Assembly (NCBI GenBank): GCA_044866005.1
Contig: JBIOTN010000228.1
Coordinates: 1 to 10,997 of the forward strand
Direction of reading: 5' to 3'
Source of the DNA: Candidatus Rokuibacteriota bacterium
GTDB taxonomy: Bacteria > Methylomirabilota > Methylomirabilia > Rokubacteriales > DASRDR01
Length of the DNA stretch: 10,997 nt
The notes under the pieces were generated by a model, which saw only the letters and a list, made by a program, of their open reading frames with translations, did no database searches and was not told the DNA's origin. A program made the position numbers and the translations under genes. Below, piece by piece: positions 8,754-10,997 of this stretch (positions are counted from its first letter, which is position 1; every line of letters begins with the position of its first letter).

Positions 8754-9932
8754 TCAGGAGGCGGCGTCCCGCCTGCCCCGGTGACCGTACAGCGTCCGCT
8801 TGAGTCGTCCAAGGCCTCGCCGCTTGGCCTCGACGTACCGCTTCAGCGCCGCCCGGCCGACGCGCGCCAGCGGGGAGAAGGCCTTGAACCAGCGCTCTAC
8901 CGGCCTGAGCTCACCGCCGAACTTCTTCTTGTAGTGGGCGCCGGACCACATGTGGTATTCGGGGATGCCCTTCTCGAGCGCGAAGAGCATGACGTGCCAC
9001 TGCAGGAACTCGTTCGGGTAGAGCGCGTAGGCGCGCACCCAGGAGGCCGCCCCCCAGAAGTAGATCCCGCGCTCGTCGAAGGGAAAGAGTCCGGTGGCGA
9101 GGAGCTCGTCGCCGTACCAGACACGCAGCGCCAGGAGTCGCCCCGCCGGCATCAGGCAGTCCCAGAGCGCCTGCACCCGCTGGATGCCGTGAGGGTCGAC
9201 GAGCCCCTGCCGGAGCAGGGTGTCCTCGAGCCGGCGCCAGTACTGCTCGACGCAGGCCGGGTCCGACGTGCGCTCGACCCGCAGCCCGTTCCGGCGCGCT
9301 CGGCGAATGCAGTAGCGGCAGGATTTGTCCTGGAGACGCCGCCACATCGCGGGTTCGTCGTCGATCTTGACGACGAACGTGCTGTCGAGGTCCAGCTCGT
9401 AGCCCGCTCGCCGCAACTCGGCTCGTCCCGACAGGGCCGGCCCGGCCAGCTCGACGTAATGGACGCGCCGACCGCGGCAGTACTCCTCCACGACCTCGAG
9501 GAAGCTCTCCGTGTGGAGCTGGTCGACGGCGGGGCCCATGAAGTTGGTCGTCCAGCCCTGGAGCGGGCTCCCCAGCAGCCGGAAGATCGTGCGCTGGACC
9601 TCGGCCGCACAGAAGTAGCCGAGCTCGCCGCCGCGCCCGTCGACGAGCCGGAGCCCGTGGATGCGCGCGCCCTGGGAGCGGGCGAGAAAACGGAGCCAGG
9701 CCTGCTCGTGGAAGAGGCCCTTGGTGGCGTAGCGCCGAATCCGCGCGTCCCAGTCCGGCGTCTCAAGCGGCGAGATCGATTCGTACGAGCTGATCCGGCG
9801 GCCGTTCCGTTCCTCCTTCTCGGAGGGCCGGGGGGGGTCCCCCGCGCGCCGGGCCGATGCGGCCGGAACGGCGGGGGACGCCGCGAGCGCGGCCAGGACG
9901 GTCGCGTCCCGGTCGGGAAGTCGCCGGCTCAT
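8754..9932 (-). CDS. GNAT-fold FemAB-like / BioF2-like acyl- or aminoacyl-transferase family protein, about 392 aa (start uncertain)
   Basis: Motifs: WDARI...LFHEQAWLRFL, LGSPLQGWTTNFMGP, CRYCIRRARRNGLRVE, YFWGAAS, PNEFLQWHVMLFALEKGIPEYHM and YKKKFGG match the two-domain FemABX/GNAT pattern. The nearest ATG upstream of the domain is 9932. The longer ORF-track extension to 10232 runs through a low-GC promoter-like region. Confidence 0.82.
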   Translation of the reverse strand: MSRRLPDRDATVLAALAASPAVPAASARRAGDPPRPSEKEERNGRRISSYESISPLETPDWDARIRRYATKGLFHEQAWLRFLARSQGARIHGLRLVDGRGGELGYFCAAEVQRTIFRLLGSPLQGWTTNFMGPAVDQLHTESFLEVVEEYCRGRRVHYVELAGPALSGRAELRRAGYELDLDSTFVVKIDDEPAMWRRLQDKSCRYCIRRARRNGLRVERTSDPACVEQYWRRLEDTLLRQGLVDPHGIQRVQALWDCLMPAGRLLALRVWYGDELLATGLFPFDERGIYFWGAASWVRAYALYPNEFLQWHVMLFALEKGIPEYHMWSGAHYKKKFGGELRPVERWFKAFSPLARVGRAALKRYVEAKRRGLGRLKRTLYGHRGRRDAAS

Positions 9933-10070
9933 CGGCGTGTCGACTCGTGCAAGCCGAGCACCGCGGAGTGTCGGGCGCTCGACACTGGATGAAGGCCCGC
10001 GCGATCGACCGTGACGCGCGCCGCTTAGGAGCCGAGCGCGCTGCTCCGCCCGGGTGGGGCTGGAGGGCAC

Positions 10071-10099
10071 CATGTAAAAAAGGCAAACATTCGCGTCAA
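10071..10099 (-). promoter_or_regulatory. Candidate sigma-70-type promoter for the GNAT gene
   Basis: The minus strand reads TTGACG-N17-TACATG in the most AT-rich patch of the region. The -35 is good and the -10 is imperfect. Confidence 0.4.
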
Positions 10100-10259
10100 A
10101 AGGCTCGGCGCGGCCGCGGCTCGCGGTGTGTCGGTCTCCGGCATCCCGGCACGACCCACCTGGCGGCCAGCGGGCCAATTCAAAGTGGCGGCTGACATGG
10201 GGAAAGCGAGGGGCGCCGCACCAGCGCGACACGCCTCACGGCAGGCAGACTGCAGAGGA

Positions 10260-10275
10260 TGGCACTTAACTTGCT
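10260..10275 (+). promoter_or_regulatory. Sigma-54 (RpoN) -24/-12 promoter
   Basis: TGGCAC-TTAAC-TTGCT matches the consensus TGGCAC-N5-TTGCW exactly (GG 10261-62, GC 10273-74, 10-nt spacing). It is intergenic and about 60 nt upstream of an RBS and start codon. Confidence 0.8.
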
Positions 10276-10335
10276 GACTTTAGGGGTAAGCCCGCAACGC
10301 GCAAATTCGACAATTCAAGGTTGGAGGGATCCACA

Positions 10336-10698
10336 GTGGGGGCGTACGACAGCCGGCACATCACGCTCGATCCCGGATTGACCGCGCTCGCGCTTCGCGG
10401 TCTCCACGAGCGTGACGGAAACTACCCGTTCCTCGATCGGTTCCTGCGGCGCCGGCGCCCGCGGCGCCCCTCGGCGGAAGCGGCCGCCACGGCCGGGGCC
10501 AGCGGCGCGGCGACGATCGCGGCGCCCCGCGCCGTCGACACACGGCTGCGCGCGCGGGCCGCGGCGGCTCGGGCCGCGGACCGCTCGGCGAACGGGGCCC
10601 CGGCCCCCTTCCTGCCTCGGAGCCTCGACGTCGAGAAGCTCTTCCCGACCTGGCGCCGGCTCCGCGCGCCGCGGGGCCCGTCCTCGGCCGCCGCCTAG
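10336..10698 (+). CDS. Small Arg/Ala-rich hypothetical protein, 120 aa
   Basis: RBS GGAGGG (10323-10328) lies 7 nt before GTG 10336, directly downstream of the sigma-54 promoter. GC3-rich codons. Sequence MGAYDSRHITLDPGLTALALRGLHERDGNYPFLDRFLRRRR...FLPRSLDVEKLFPTWRRL. No recognisable family. Confidence 0.6.
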   Translation: MGAYDSRHITLDPGLTALALRGLHERDGNYPFLDRFLRRRRPRRPSAEAAATAGASGAATIAAPRAVDTRLRARAAAARAADRSANGAPAPFLPRSLDVEKLFPTWRRLRAPRGPSSAAA

Positions 10699-10958
10699 CC
10701 TCGCCCCTCCGCCTGCCCCGGTAGCGGTTGCCGGGCCCTCTCGCGTCCCTCGAGCCGGCCCAGCAGCGTTTCGATCACCTGCTGGCGCGTCCGCAGGCGT
10801 CGCTTGAAGGCGTGGATCCGCGTCACCATCCCCGGCGGCAAGACCGTCACCTCCCCGAAGCGCGCCGCGTGATGGATCTGCGTTCCGAGCTCCGTCAGGT
10901 GTGCGCGGAGTGTCTCCTGGAGCACCTCGCGCTCGATCGGCCCGAGCTCAAGCTGCAT
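10695..10958 (-). CDS. Small helical hypothetical protein, 87 aa
   Basis: RBS AGGGGA sits about 7 nt before ATG 10958. MQLELGPIEREVLQETLRAHLTELGTQIHH...FKRRLRTRQQVIETLLGRL suggests a short strand plus two amphipathic helices. Its stop overlaps that of the convergent ORF at CTAG 10695-10698. Confidence 0.65.
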   Translation of the reverse strand: MQLELGPIEREVLQETLRAHLTELGTQIHHAARFGEVTVLPPGMVTRIHAFKRRLRTRQQVIETLLGRLEGRERARQPLPGQAEGRG

Positions 10959-10976
10959 GTCGTGTTCCCCTGACGT

Positions 10977-10997
10977 GGGGGGGGGGGGGGGGGGGGG
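10977..10997. other. Terminal poly-G run, probable sequencing/assembly artefact
   Basis: 21 consecutive G at the very end of the window, typical of no-signal calls in two-colour Illumina chemistry. Confidence 0.8.

Noticed and set aside
10081..10180. Possible c-di-GMP-I riboswitch (GGCAAACATTCG resembles the GEMM 5' end)
   Set aside because: It lacks the GNRA-capped P2 stem, the GACGCAAAGC junction and the tetraloop receptor.
10160..10180. Second sigma-54 site on the minus strand (TTGGCCCGCTGGCCGC)
   Set aside because: It has only GG-N10-GC, without the CAC and TT consensus positions, which is expected by chance in GC-rich DNA.
9933..10232. 100-codon N-terminal extension of the GNAT ORF to 10232
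   Set aside because: It runs through the AT-rich promoter-like segment, has atypical codons and does not resemble the family.
10977..10997. Poly-G tract as a phase-variation or G-quadruplex element
   Set aside because: It sits exactly at the sequence end and is best explained as a sequencing artefact.

Overview
High-GC bacterial window, probably a metagenomic contig end because it finishes in a 21-nt poly-G run. Left (1-3700, visibly lower GC and freer codon usage): a tightly coupled three-gene secreted/surface cassette. It encodes a 5'-truncated Ig-like/PKD protein ending in an NTF2/SnoaL-like domain, a probable lipoprotein with a carboxypeptidase-regulatory-like beta-sandwich, and a 663-aa signal-peptide protein whose N-terminal domain has a full candidate set of tri-zinc phospholipase C/P1 nuclease ligands. 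Middle: hydroxyacid-oxoacid transhydrogenase, ettA and a cyclase-family metal hydrolase on +, converging on a stand-alone MOSC protein and a FemAB/GNAT-like protein on -. The 300-nt gap between the convergent genes contains a 155-nt rod-like hairpin (about 55 bp paired) and several more hairpins. Right: a divergent control region with a consensus sigma-54 promoter in front of a small basic orphan ORF, then a small convergent helical protein. All family assignments come from motif recognition, not database searches.
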